From the NCBI RefSeq assembly GCF_003367075.2, contig NZ_CP065936.1, forward strand, positions 960,001-992,000: a stretch of 32,000 nucleotides of DNA, read 5' to 3'. The stretch comes from Cylindrospermopsis raciborskii Cr2010 (GTDB lineage: Bacteria > Cyanobacteriota > Cyanobacteriia > Cyanobacteriales > Nostocaceae). Positions 18,880-27,512 of this stretch are shown here, piece after piece. The notes under the pieces were generated by a model. It was not told the DNA's origin, made no database searches, and saw nothing but the letters and a program-made list of their open reading frames with translations. A program made the translations under genes and the position numbers. Within the stretch, counting starts at the first letter, position 1, and the number at the start of each line of letters is the position of its first letter.

Positions 18880-20373
18880 ATGTACTTTATAGCGTCTTCC
18901 ATTGCTTCAAGTTCTAAACTACCGGTATCAGCACCATATACCTTTTCCCTTAAATTACCCTTTGTCAGGGAAAATAGCGGTGACTACCATGTCAATCCAT
19001 TTTTACCCGGTTGTCCTAGAATACCTTTACACGTCGAATTACGAGGATACCAAAAACAGGCTATTACTAGCTGGTTTGCTAATAATGGTCGGGGAACATT
19101 GAAAATGGCTACCGGTAGTGGAAAAACAATTACCGCATTGGCGATCGCCTATGAATTATATAAACAGATAGGCTTACAAGTCTTGTTAGTGGTTTGTCCC
19201 CATCGTCACTTGGTTACCCAGTGGGGTAGGGAATGTGAGAAATTTAACTTAAAGCCCATTTTAGCTTACGAAAATATACGAAATTGGCATAGTCAAATGT
19301 CGGTAGAGTTATATAACTTGGGTTCTGGTTATCAAAAGTTTCTGACTGTTATCACCACTAACTTGACCTTAATTGGGGAAGGTTTCCAATCACAACTGAA
19401 ATATTTTCCGTTGAAAACCTTAATCATTGGGGATGAAGCACATAATTTGGGTGCGCCCAGGTTAGAAGAAAGTTTACCTCGTAGTGTGGGATTAAGACTA
19501 GCTCTATCAGCTACACCAGAAAGATATTTTGATGAGGAAGGTACGGAGTCCTTATTGGAATATTTTGGACCGGTTTTACAACCGGAGTTTAGCTTAAAAG
19601 ATGCCATTGACCAGGGAGCATTGGTGCATTATTTATACTATCCAGTTTTCGTGGAATTAACGGAGTTGGAGAGTATGAATTATTTAAGATTAACCAAAAA
19701 AATAGGGCGTTGTTTACAAAATCGGGAGATACGGGAGACCTTTAGTTTTGAAGATATGGAGGGTATTAAATCTCTACTGATAAAACGAGCTAGATTAATT
19801 AGCAGCGCGGAAAATAAACTAGTGGCATTAAAACATTTAATGTTAAATCGTCTAAACACGAGCCATACATTATTTTATTGTAGTGATGGTTCCCAAGAGG
19901 GGGGGAACCATTCTTACCAACTGGAAGAGGTAACCAAAATTTTAGGAGTGGAACTAGGGTATAAAATCAGCACCTACACTGCGCGAACATCATTACCAGA
20001 GCGAGAAGTGTTAAGAAAACAATTTGAAAGTGGGGACTTGCAGGGTTTAGTAGCTATTCGTTGTTTAGATGAGGGTGTAGATATACCAGCAATTAGAACC
20101 GCAGTGATTTTATCCAGTTCTAGCAATCCCCGTCAATTTATTCAGCGTCGCGGTAGGGTGTTACGTCCCCATCCCGGTAAAGAAAGGGCGACAATTTTTG
20201 ATATGATAGTGTCACCTCCAGACTTAGATCGAGAAGCAATGGAAGTAGAAAGGAACTTGCTGAGAAAAGAATTGAAAAGGTTTGTAGAATTTTCTAATTT
20301 AGCGGATAACGCAGGTGAAGCTAGAATGAAGCTACTCAACCTGCAAAAGCGCTATAGTTTGCTGGATATTTAG
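18880..20373 (+). CDS. Superfamily-2 DEAH-box helicase, XPB/Ssl2 / type III restriction Res-subunit-like
   Basis: 497 aa. It has LRGYQKQA (Q-motif-like), ATGSGKT (motif I), GDEAHN (motif II), SATP (motif III) and QRRGRVLR (motif VI). It starts 40 nt after the lexA stop, with no hairpin between them. Confidence 0.85.
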   Translation: MYFIASSIASSSKLPVSAPYTFSLKLPFVRENSGDYHVNPFLPGCPRIPLHVELRGYQKQAITSWFANNGRGTLKMATGSGKTITALAIAYELYKQIGLQVLLVVCPHRHLVTQWGRECEKFNLKPILAYENIRNWHSQMSVELYNLGSGYQKFLTVITTNLTLIGEGFQSQLKYFPLKTLIIGDEAHNLGAPRLEESLPRSVGLRLALSATPERYFDEEGTESLLEYFGPVLQPEFSLKDAIDQGALVHYLYYPVFVELTELESMNYLRLTKKIGRCLQNREIRETFSFEDMEGIKSLLIKRARLISSAENKLVALKHLMLNRLNTSHTLFYCSDGSQEGGNHSYQLEEVTKILGVELGYKISTYTARTSLPEREVLRKQFESGDLQGLVAIRCLDEGVDIPAIRTAVILSSSSNPRQFIQRRGRVLRPHPGKERATIFDMIVSPPDLDREAMEVERNLLRKELKRFVEFSNLADNAGEARMKLLNLQKRYSLLDI

Positions 20374-20374
20374 A

Positions 20375-21619
20375 TTATGGCAAATTGATGGAGAACTTTT
20401 CTGTAATTCGTTGCATTGCTACTTCCACATTTTCTCGACTATTAAATGCGGAAATGCGGAAGTAACCTTCACCAGCAGCACCAAAACCCGAACCGGGAGT
20501 TCCTACAACATTTACAGTCTGTAGTAGTTTGTCAAAAAACTCCCAACTAGTTAAACCAGCTGGTGTCTTCACCCATACATAGGGAGCATTTACTCCACCA
20601 TAAACTTTTAGACCTGCACTAGTTAATTGTTGACGAATGATTTGAGCATTTTCCAAATAGAAACTTACTAAGGCCTTGATTTGAGCTTGTCCTTCCTCAG
20701 AGTAAACAGCTTCTGCACCCTTTTGGACAATATAAGAAACCCCATTAAATTTGGTAGACTGACGACGGTTCCATAATTTCCACAATTCTATATTGGAACC
20801 ATCTGCAGCTTTAGCAGTTAGGATTTTGGGAACAACGGTTAAAGCGCAACGGGTACCAGTGAACCCAGCATTTTTAGAGAAAGAACGAAATTCTATGGCA
20901 CATTCCCTAGCACCTTCAATTTCATAAATAGAATGGGGAAGATCAGGATCGGTAATAAATGCTTCATAAGCAGCATCAAAGAAAATTATCGATCCCTGGG
21001 ATCTAGCATAGTTTACCCAGTCTTTTAAATGTTCCTTGGTAGCTGTTGCACCGGTAGGATTATTAGGAAAACATAAATAAATTAGATCTACCTTTTGTTG
21101 AGGTATTTCCGCTGTGAAGTTATTTTCCGCAGTCACAGGTAAATACACCAAACCACCATACTCTCCCTTGTCGTTAGCTTCTCCAGTATTGCCAGCCATC
21201 ACATTAGTATCGACGTAAACGGGATATACAGGGTCAGTAACAGCAATAATGTTATTTCTGCCAAAAATATCTAAAATATTACCCGTATCGCATTTAGAAC
21301 CGTCAGAAATAAAGATTTCATCTGCTTCTATAGCAGCTCCCCTTGCTTGAAAATCATGAACAGCTATTTTTTCCCGTAACCAAATATAACCCTGTTCCGG
21401 TCCATAACCCTTAAAAGTAGTGCGATCGCCCAGATCATGAACAGCTTGAATCATAGCATGACGACAAGCATCTGGCAGTGGTTCAGTAACATCACCAATA
21501 CCCAGACGAATAATTTGGGCATCAGGGTTAGCTTGGGCAAAAGCATTGACCCTTCTAGCAATTTCTGGAAACAGATAACCAGCTTTTAGTTTTAGGTAGT
21601 TGTCGTTAATAGTAGCCAT
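20375..21619 (-). CDS. dapL: LL-diaminopimelate aminotransferase
   Basis: 414 aa. The N-terminus [24 protein letters not shown] and the PLP-lysine region [10 protein letters not shown] are typical of DapL. Confidence 0.93.
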   Translation of the reverse strand: MATINDNYLKLKAGYLFPEIARRVNAFAQANPDAQIIRLGIGDVTEPLPDACRHAMIQAVHDLGDRTTFKGYGPEQGYIWLREKIAVHDFQARGAAIEADEIFISDGSKCDTGNILDIFGRNNIIAVTDPVYPVYVDTNVMAGNTGEANDKGEYGGLVYLPVTAENNFTAEIPQQKVDLIYLCFPNNPTGATATKEHLKDWVNYARSQGSIIFFDAAYEAFITDPDLPHSIYEIEGARECAIEFRSFSKNAGFTGTRCALTVVPKILTAKAADGSNIELWKLWNRRQSTKFNGVSYIVQKGAEAVYSEEGQAQIKALVSFYLENAQIIRQQLTSAGLKVYGGVNAPYVWVKTPAGLTSWEFFDKLLQTVNVVGTPGSGFGAAGEGYFRISAFNSRENVEVAMQRITEKFSINLP

Positions 21620-21706
21620 AGTTAATTTACAAGTATAATTTACAAGTGGTTTTTACGAATAACGGTTTGATAGCATCATACCATGAACTCGGGACTAAAG
21701 TCTCTC

Positions 21707-22555
21707 CTAGCTAGCTTCCTTGATCAATTGGTTCAATTCTGTCTGCATCTGGTTCCTAACCAGTTCATAACATTCATTGACATAACTCACGTCATTAACA
21801 GCATCTTTTCCATATCTTTTAAATATAATTGGTGGACAAACTCTAGTATGTATTTTAGCAGGTAAAGGAATATTTGGCAGTGGACCCAGGGCTAAACCCC
21901 AGGGTAAACCCAAATACAAAGGAAAAACTATAGGGTCAACATCAAATAACCATGGCATTCCCCACTGATGAAACCGTGCCATGATTTGATATAAATCAGT
22001 TAATACAATCAAGGTGTCGTGGGATCCCCAGGAAATAGCTGGAACAATGGGGACATTCTCTCGCAGTGCTAACTTAATAAAACCCCGTCTTTGGGCAAAA
22101 TAGATTTTATCTCGCATCCGATGTGGACGGAATACATCCTCTGCGCCACCAGGATAAACTAAAACACTTGCACCTGCACGAAATGCTGCATAAGCCATTT
22201 TAGGATGGGCTCGGATTGCACCTCCCTTCATAGCTATTTCAGCTGCTGGCGGAAAAACCTCCCATACTTTTGGATGCATTAAACCGTAAATCAGCCTTTC
22301 AGTACCAAATCGACGTAACCAGTCATACATCATCATAGACGTATCCGGGGATGCCAACCCCCCATTGTGAGAACCAACAACCAAAATTTTTCCTTGTGGA
22401 ATATTTTCCCAACCACTGGTTTCTACCCGGAAATAGCAATTATATAAAATTGCTAATAATGGCATCATCTTGGCAATAAATTGGGGATCTCTATGTGTGA
22501 GAGACCACCCCGCCCTTTCAGTTTTCACATCCTGCATTTTCAACATTGATTTCAT
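21707..22555 (-). CDS. LPLAT-superfamily acyltransferase, DGAT2/MGAT-like
   Basis: 282 aa. It has an acyltransferase HX4D-like block VGSHNGGLASPD and a second block VYPGGAEDVFR, the same arrangement as DGAT2-type enzymes (HPHG ... FPGG..E). Its ATG lies 4 nt downstream of the carotenoid oxygenase stop. Confidence 0.7.
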   Translation of the reverse strand: MKSMLKMQDVKTERAGWSLTHRDPQFIAKMMPLLAILYNCYFRVETSGWENIPQGKILVVGSHNGGLASPDTSMMMYDWLRRFGTERLIYGLMHPKVWEVFPPAAEIAMKGGAIRAHPKMAYAAFRAGASVLVYPGGAEDVFRPHRMRDKIYFAQRRGFIKLALRENVPIVPAISWGSHDTLIVLTDLYQIMARFHQWGMPWLFDVDPIVFPLYLGLPWGLALGPLPNIPLPAKIHTRVCPPIIFKRYGKDAVNDVSYVNECYELVRNQMQTELNQLIKEAS

Positions 22556-22559
22556 TTAA

Positions 22560-24020
22560 TTATATGGTTTTAGATGGTTTCCAAGTTCCATGAAAACTAT
22601 GGGGAATTACGGAAGGTAATGCAAGTTGACAAACTGGTTCTTCGTTCATTCGATGACTCTCGAATATGCAAATTGTACTACTGTGGTTATTACCATCATA
22701 AACCACTGTTAATACCCAACCCCTGTCAGAATTCGTTCTATCTTCAACATAAATAGGTTCTGACGGATAGCGGTTTAAACCCAGGTTAGCTTCGGTTAAA
22801 CTACCATTCTCATGGTCAAATTTGGCGATGCTATTTAATATCTCCCCTTGTGTCTCCGTCCCTTTTTTAAAAATGGACATGTATGTAGCGGGTGAAAATT
22901 TGCCAACATTTTTGCTGGGGACACTAGGAAATTCACAGGTTCTATTTAATAAGGTGACTAGTTGTTTAACTCGACCGTTTTGGGGGTTAAGTTCTACTCT
23001 GGTAAAGGTAGTTTTGGCGGTTGTTTTTACTTTTCCGGTTGCTACTTCTCGTAAATATTCATTAGTCTGGAAATCAGCATATTTGGCAAAGTCAATAATT
23101 ACTATACCTCTATTATCTACATAGCCATTACTAAAATGCCACTGAAACCAGGATTCGGTTTCTCCTCGACTAACTAAAGATAAATTTTCTCTATCAATAA
23201 CAATAATCTGGGTTCCTATATGTGGTTGCCAAGTCAAAGCCTGACTGTAACTGCTAGTTCCTAACAATACGGACCAGATATTTAACTGTACAGGTGGGGC
23301 AAAAAATACTAAATATTTTCCTGCTAAAACAAAATCATGAATTAGGCTAAATTGGGTTAAATCAAACTGGGAATGTTGAATGATTCTACCAGTGAAATCA
23401 CTTTTATAAACACTTAGGATGCCACTCCCTGGGGAACCCATACCAATAGTGCCAATATTTACCCCAAAGTTAAATATTTCTCCCGTTTGATAGTCAACTT
23501 TGGGATGAGCAGAATAAGCTTTTCCCTGGGTTAACCCCCCCAAACTAGTTAAACCCTTGGTTTCTAAGTTCTCTAAATCTAAAGCATGGGGATGATCACC
23601 CTCCCAAAGGGCTAAAAGTTGATCTGGTAATGCCAAAACTGAAGTATTAGCAGCATTTTTAACGAGTCTTTGCCACTTATGCCAAATCATACCCGGTGCT
23701 GTCATACCATAATTACCGTAAAGAAACTTATTTGCTTGAGTTTCTTCTTCATACCCCCTGGTCTGTACATAACGATAAACTGCTTTAGCACCATCATCAC
23801 AGAAGTGAACTGCTAAAATGGCTCCATCCCCATCAAACCAGTGTCCCACAGACATATTTCCCCGTTGTAATCTCCCTGGACCGTTGCGGTATAATGTACC
23901 CCGCAAACCCTGGGGAATTTTACCTGTAATTATGGGTAATTGAGAGAGGGGAAATTCTTCTGCTGGTTGCGATATGGCATGGGCCCAAGTTTTTTTATCT
24001 AATTTTTTGTTTTTGATCAT
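22560..24020 (-). CDS. Carotenoid (apocarotenoid) cleavage oxygenase, RPE65/CCD family
   Basis: 486 aa. The four iron-ligand His contexts are recognisable (YSAHPKVD, SLIHDFVL, WFQWHFSNGY, PHSFHGTW). Overall it resembles cyanobacterial ACO/NosCCD enzymes. Confidence 0.88.
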   Translation of the reverse strand: MIKNKKLDKKTWAHAISQPAEEFPLSQLPIITGKIPQGLRGTLYRNGPGRLQRGNMSVGHWFDGDGAILAVHFCDDGAKAVYRYVQTRGYEEETQANKFLYGNYGMTAPGMIWHKWQRLVKNAANTSVLALPDQLLALWEGDHPHALDLENLETKGLTSLGGLTQGKAYSAHPKVDYQTGEIFNFGVNIGTIGMGSPGSGILSVYKSDFTGRIIQHSQFDLTQFSLIHDFVLAGKYLVFFAPPVQLNIWSVLLGTSSYSQALTWQPHIGTQIIVIDRENLSLVSRGETESWFQWHFSNGYVDNRGIVIIDFAKYADFQTNEYLREVATGKVKTTAKTTFTRVELNPQNGRVKQLVTLLNRTCEFPSVPSKNVGKFSPATYMSIFKKGTETQGEILNSIAKFDHENGSLTEANLGLNRYPSEPIYVEDRTNSDRGWVLTVVYDGNNHSSTICIFESHRMNEEPVCQLALPSVIPHSFHGTWKPSKTI

Positions 24021-24153
24021 TTACATCTTTGATATATTTCTTATTTACAGTCATATTGACCAATACCTTAGCCAAAAAAGAGTATTAAAAGTAGGGGCGA
24101 TGTAGTAGAGTTATAGTCTTACAAAGCAAAAACTCAAAAACCACACACAGCCC

Positions 24154-24300
24154 ATGTTCGAGATTATAACACTATTACAGTGCCTGCTACCAGAAATAAA
24201 AATGACGACAATACGTCAGTTGAGTCGGATCCTCATGGCGATAACCCAACCTACACAAGCTGGTTTCAATGAAGATCCCTTAGGAGTTCGCCTTTATTAG
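24154..24300 (+). mobile_element. Possible remnant of an IS transposase 5' end (48-codon ORF)
   Basis: The first ~30 residues, MFEIITLLQCLLPEIKMTTIRQLSRILMAI..., resemble from memory the N-termini of a transposase family common in Nostocales. The similarity ends abruptly and the ORF terminates after 48 codons. Family is unresolved and unverified. Confidence 0.3.
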
Positions 24301-24345
24301 GTTCTAGAATAAAGTTGTTAAGGTTATTTTTTCAAAACCTCCACC

Positions 24346-25890
24346 ATGGCTAAACACTTTAACACTGCTGGACCATGTAAAGCCAACATCCACTATATGC
24401 TTTCCCCCACCGCTCGCTTACCGGAGTTAAAAGCGCTAATTGATGGAGAAAACTACTTTATCATTCATGCACCGCGACAAGTAGGCAAAACCACCGCTAT
24501 GATAGCCCTAGCCCAAGAATTGACTGATAGTGGGGAATATATCGCCGTGATGCTTTCTTTAGAAGTAGGGGCACCATTCTCCAGGGATCCGGGTATGGCT
24601 GAACGTGCAATTTTGGATGAATGGCAAGAATCCGCTTGTGTATACCTACCAACTAATCTCCACCCACCCCGTTGGCCACCATCTCAACCAGGGCGGCAAA
24701 TTGGAGCCGCATTAGCTAGTTGGGCTAAGGTTGCTACTCGTCCCCTAGTGGTTTTCCTGGATGAAATTGATGCTTTAGCAGATGAAACATTGATTTCTGT
24801 TCTCAGACAATTACGCTCAGGTTACAATCGTCGTCCCCATAGCTTTCCCCATTCGGTAGGGTTAATTGGCATGCGGGATGTGCGGGACTATAAGGTTAAA
24901 TCCGGTGGAAGTGAACGACTTAATACGTCAAGTCCTTTCAATATCAAGGCTGAGTCTTTAACCCTAAATAATTTTACTTTATCAGAAGTAGAAGAACTTT
25001 ACTTACAACATACACAAGCTACGGGACAGGTGTTTACCCCGGAAGCCATTCAACAGGCATTTTATTTAACCGATGGACAACCGTGGTTAGTCAACGCCCT
25101 AGCTCGTCAAGCTACCCAGGTTTTGGTGAAAGATATTACCCAACCCATTACTGCTGAAGTCATTAACCGAGCCAAAGAAATTCTGATTCAGCGCCAGGAT
25201 ACCCATTTAGACAGCTTAGCAGAGCGATTACGGGAAGATAGAGTCAAAACCATTATTGAACCAATTTTAGCGGGTGAAGATTTACCTGATGTACCCCAGG
25301 ATGATATTCGTTATGTCCTGGATTTAGGACTGTGTCGAGACCGAGGACAGGGTTTGGAAATTGCCAATCCAATTTATCGGGAAGTTCTACCCTTGGTGTT
25401 AAGTTACACAACCAGGGCTTCCATTGGAGTTATTGAACCTCGTTGGTTAAATGAACAGGGGGAGCTATTACCCGATGAATTATTGGAAGCATTTCTGGAA
25501 TTTTGGCGACAACATGGGGAACCACTGCTCAAAAGTGCGCCCTACCATGAGATTGCTCCCCATTTGGTATTAATGGCATTTTTACATCGAGTAGTAAACG
25601 GTGGTGGTACGTTAGAGCGGGAATATGCCATTGGTTCTGGAAGAATGGATATTTGTTTACGCTATGGCAAGGTAGTGATGGGCATAGAGTTAAAGGTGCG
25701 GAGGGAAAAGTTGGATCCCCTAACCAAGGGTTTGACCCAACTGGATAAATACCTGGATGGGTTAGGATTGGATAGAGGGTGGTTAGTGATTTTTGATCGC
25801 CGTGCGGGATTACCACCCATGGGAGAGAGAATTAGTACGGAGGAGGTCATTAGTCCGGGGGGACGAACCATTACCGTCATTCGTAGTTAG
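24346..25890 (+). CDS. P-loop NTPase (AAA/ORC-like) fused to a C-terminal PD-(D/E)xK nuclease-fold domain; function unknown
   Basis: 514 aa. It has the N-terminal FNTAGPC...HYML motif, Walker A HAPRQVGKTT and Walker B VVFLDEIDAL. The C-terminal YHEIAPHLVLMAFLHRVVNGGGTLEREYAIGSGRMDICLRYGKVVMGIELKV is a D...ExK signature. Confidence 0.8.
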   Translation: MAKHFNTAGPCKANIHYMLSPTARLPELKALIDGENYFIIHAPRQVGKTTAMIALAQELTDSGEYIAVMLSLEVGAPFSRDPGMAERAILDEWQESACVYLPTNLHPPRWPPSQPGRQIGAALASWAKVATRPLVVFLDEIDALADETLISVLRQLRSGYNRRPHSFPHSVGLIGMRDVRDYKVKSGGSERLNTSSPFNIKAESLTLNNFTLSEVEELYLQHTQATGQVFTPEAIQQAFYLTDGQPWLVNALARQATQVLVKDITQPITAEVINRAKEILIQRQDTHLDSLAERLREDRVKTIIEPILAGEDLPDVPQDDIRYVLDLGLCRDRGQGLEIANPIYREVLPLVLSYTTRASIGVIEPRWLNEQGELLPDELLEAFLEFWRQHGEPLLKSAPYHEIAPHLVLMAFLHRVVNGGGTLEREYAIGSGRMDICLRYGKVVMGIELKVRREKLDPLTKGLTQLDKYLDGLGLDRGWLVIFDRRAGLPPMGERISTEEVISPGGRTITVIRS

Positions 25891-25940
25891 TCGCGAAGCA
25901 CTGGGTACGCGAGATCGCCATTATTGTTTAAATCATTAAT

Positions 25941-25965
25941 GTTGGGTTTCATACTTCAACCCAAC
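25941..25965 (+). terminator. Stem-loop downstream of the NTPase-nuclease gene
   Basis: GTTGGGTT (25941-25948) and AACCCAAC (25958-25965) form a perfect 8-bp stem with a 9-nt loop, 51 nt after the stop. There is no U-tract. The 3' arm is part of a 12-mer that also occurs at 24243-24254. Confidence 0.3.
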
Positions 25966-26000
25966 CTACGTTCATCTTATATTTAATTCCACCCACCTAC

Positions 26001-26840
26001 TTAGGTTCTAGAATAAAGTTGTTAAGGTTATTTTTTCAAAACCTCCACCATGGCTAAACACTTTAACACTGCTGGACAGGGCGGCAAATTGGAGCCGCAT
26101 TAGCTAGTTGGGCTAAGGTTGCTACTCGTCCCCTAGTGGTTTTCCTGGATGAAATTGATGCTTTAGCAGATGAAACATTGATTTCTGTTCTCAGACAATT
26201 ACGCTCAGGTTACAATCGTCGTCCCCATAGCTTTCCCCATTCGGTAGGGTTAATTGGCATGCGGGATGTGCGGGACTATAAGGTTAAATCCGGTGGAAGT
26301 GAACGACTTAATACGTCAAGTCCTTTCAATATCAAGGCTGAGTCTTTAACCCTAAATAATTTTACTTTATCAGAAGTAGAAGAACTTTACTTACAACATA
26401 CACAAGCTACGGGACAGGTGTTTACCCCGGAAGCCATTCAACAGGCATTTTATTTAACCGATGGACAACCGTGGTTAGTCAACGCCCTAGCTCGTCAAGC
26501 TACCCAGGTTTTGGTGAAAGACATTACCCAACCCATTACTGCTGAAGTCATTAACCGAACCAAAGAAATCCTGATTCAGCGCCAGGATACCCATTTAGAT
26601 AGTTTGGCAGAGCGCTTACGGGAAGATCGGGTCAAAGCCATTATTCAACCCATGTTAGCTGGATCCGATCTACCCGATACCCCGGAGGATGATCGCCGTT
26701 TCTTGCTGGATTTAGGCTTGGTAAAGCGCAGTCCCTTGGGTGGACTAACCATTGCCAATCCCATTTACCAGGAAGTGATTCCTCGTGTTTTGTCCCAGGG
26801 TAGTCAGGATAGTCTACCCCAAATTCAACCCACTTGGTAG
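26001..26840 (+). pseudogene. Broken, mosaic second copy of the NTPase-nuclease gene (internal 316-bp deletion, frameshift, no nuclease domain)
   Basis: 26001-26077 equals 24297-24373, covering 49 nt of leader plus the first 9 codons. 26078-26521 equals 24690-25133, with no mismatch seen by eye. The junction removes 316 nt, including Walker A, so the ATG at 26050 runs into TAG at 26101. From 26522 the copies diverge strongly but stay in frame, and this copy ends at ...QIQPTW* (26840) before the nuclease domain. The ORF track shows the residual 234-aa frame at 26136-26840. Confidence 0.8.
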
Positions 26841-26891
26841 GATTCTTCCCACTCCCCATGTACACTATAAGTGGTTCTATTGACATATCCT

Positions 26892-27494
26892 ATGACCCAT
26901 TCTCAAGATCTTATTACCTTAGCTCGTTGGATGGCAGCGGATTTCAGCAATCAAGCTCAGGCTTTTGAAAATCCGCCTCTATATGCCCATATTCGTGTCT
27001 GTATGCGTCCCCTAGCTTATTCTCTCCTATCTGGAGTCAGTCTTTTTGTTGAACAAGCTTATGATTATGATCTCAAAGATCCCTATCGTGTTCGAGTATT
27101 AAAGTTATTGGTTGAAGAAGGGCACATTATCATTGAAAACTATACGGTCAAAGACGAGAAGGATCTTTATGGGTCATCTCGGGATTTGGGTAAATTACAA
27201 AATTTAACTGCCGATCGCCTGGAAAAACTATGTGGTTGTAATATGCGGGTGGAGTGGACTGGTAGTTGCTTTACCGGTACTGTGGAACCCGGTAAGAATT
27301 GTCTAGTATTTCGCAAGGGACAAAAAACCTATTTAGATAGTAAATTTGAGATAGACGACCAAAAATTCCTCAGCTGGGATAGGGGAAGAGATTTAGAAAC
27401 CGATCAACATGTTTGGGGTTCCCTCGCTGGGCCATTTCACTTTGTCCGTTGGGGAAATTTCGCCGATGAGGTACAATTACCCCAGTATTATTAA
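26892..27494 (+). CDS. cpcT: Phycobiliprotein chromophore lyase, CpcT/CpeT family
   Basis: MTHSQDLITLARWMAADFSNQAQAFENPPLYAHIRVCMRPL... is the typical T-type lyase N-terminus. The ORF track starts at an upstream GTG at 26871. Confidence 0.88.
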   Translation: MTHSQDLITLARWMAADFSNQAQAFENPPLYAHIRVCMRPLAYSLLSGVSLFVEQAYDYDLKDPYRVRVLKLLVEEGHIIIENYTVKDEKDLYGSSRDLGKLQNLTADRLEKLCGCNMRVEWTGSCFTGTVEPGKNCLVFRKGQKTYLDSKFEIDDQKFLSWDRGRDLETDQHVWGSLAGPFHFVRWGNFADEVQLPQYY

Positions 27495-27512
27495 GGTAGG
27501 TATATCTAGTCC

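Noticed and set aside
26136-26840. The 234-aa ORF as an independent functional gene
   Set aside because: It starts at an internal GTG corresponding to the Walker B region of the full-length paralog. It lacks Walker A and the nuclease domain, and it lies downstream of a frameshifting deletion, so it is better explained as a pseudogene remnant.
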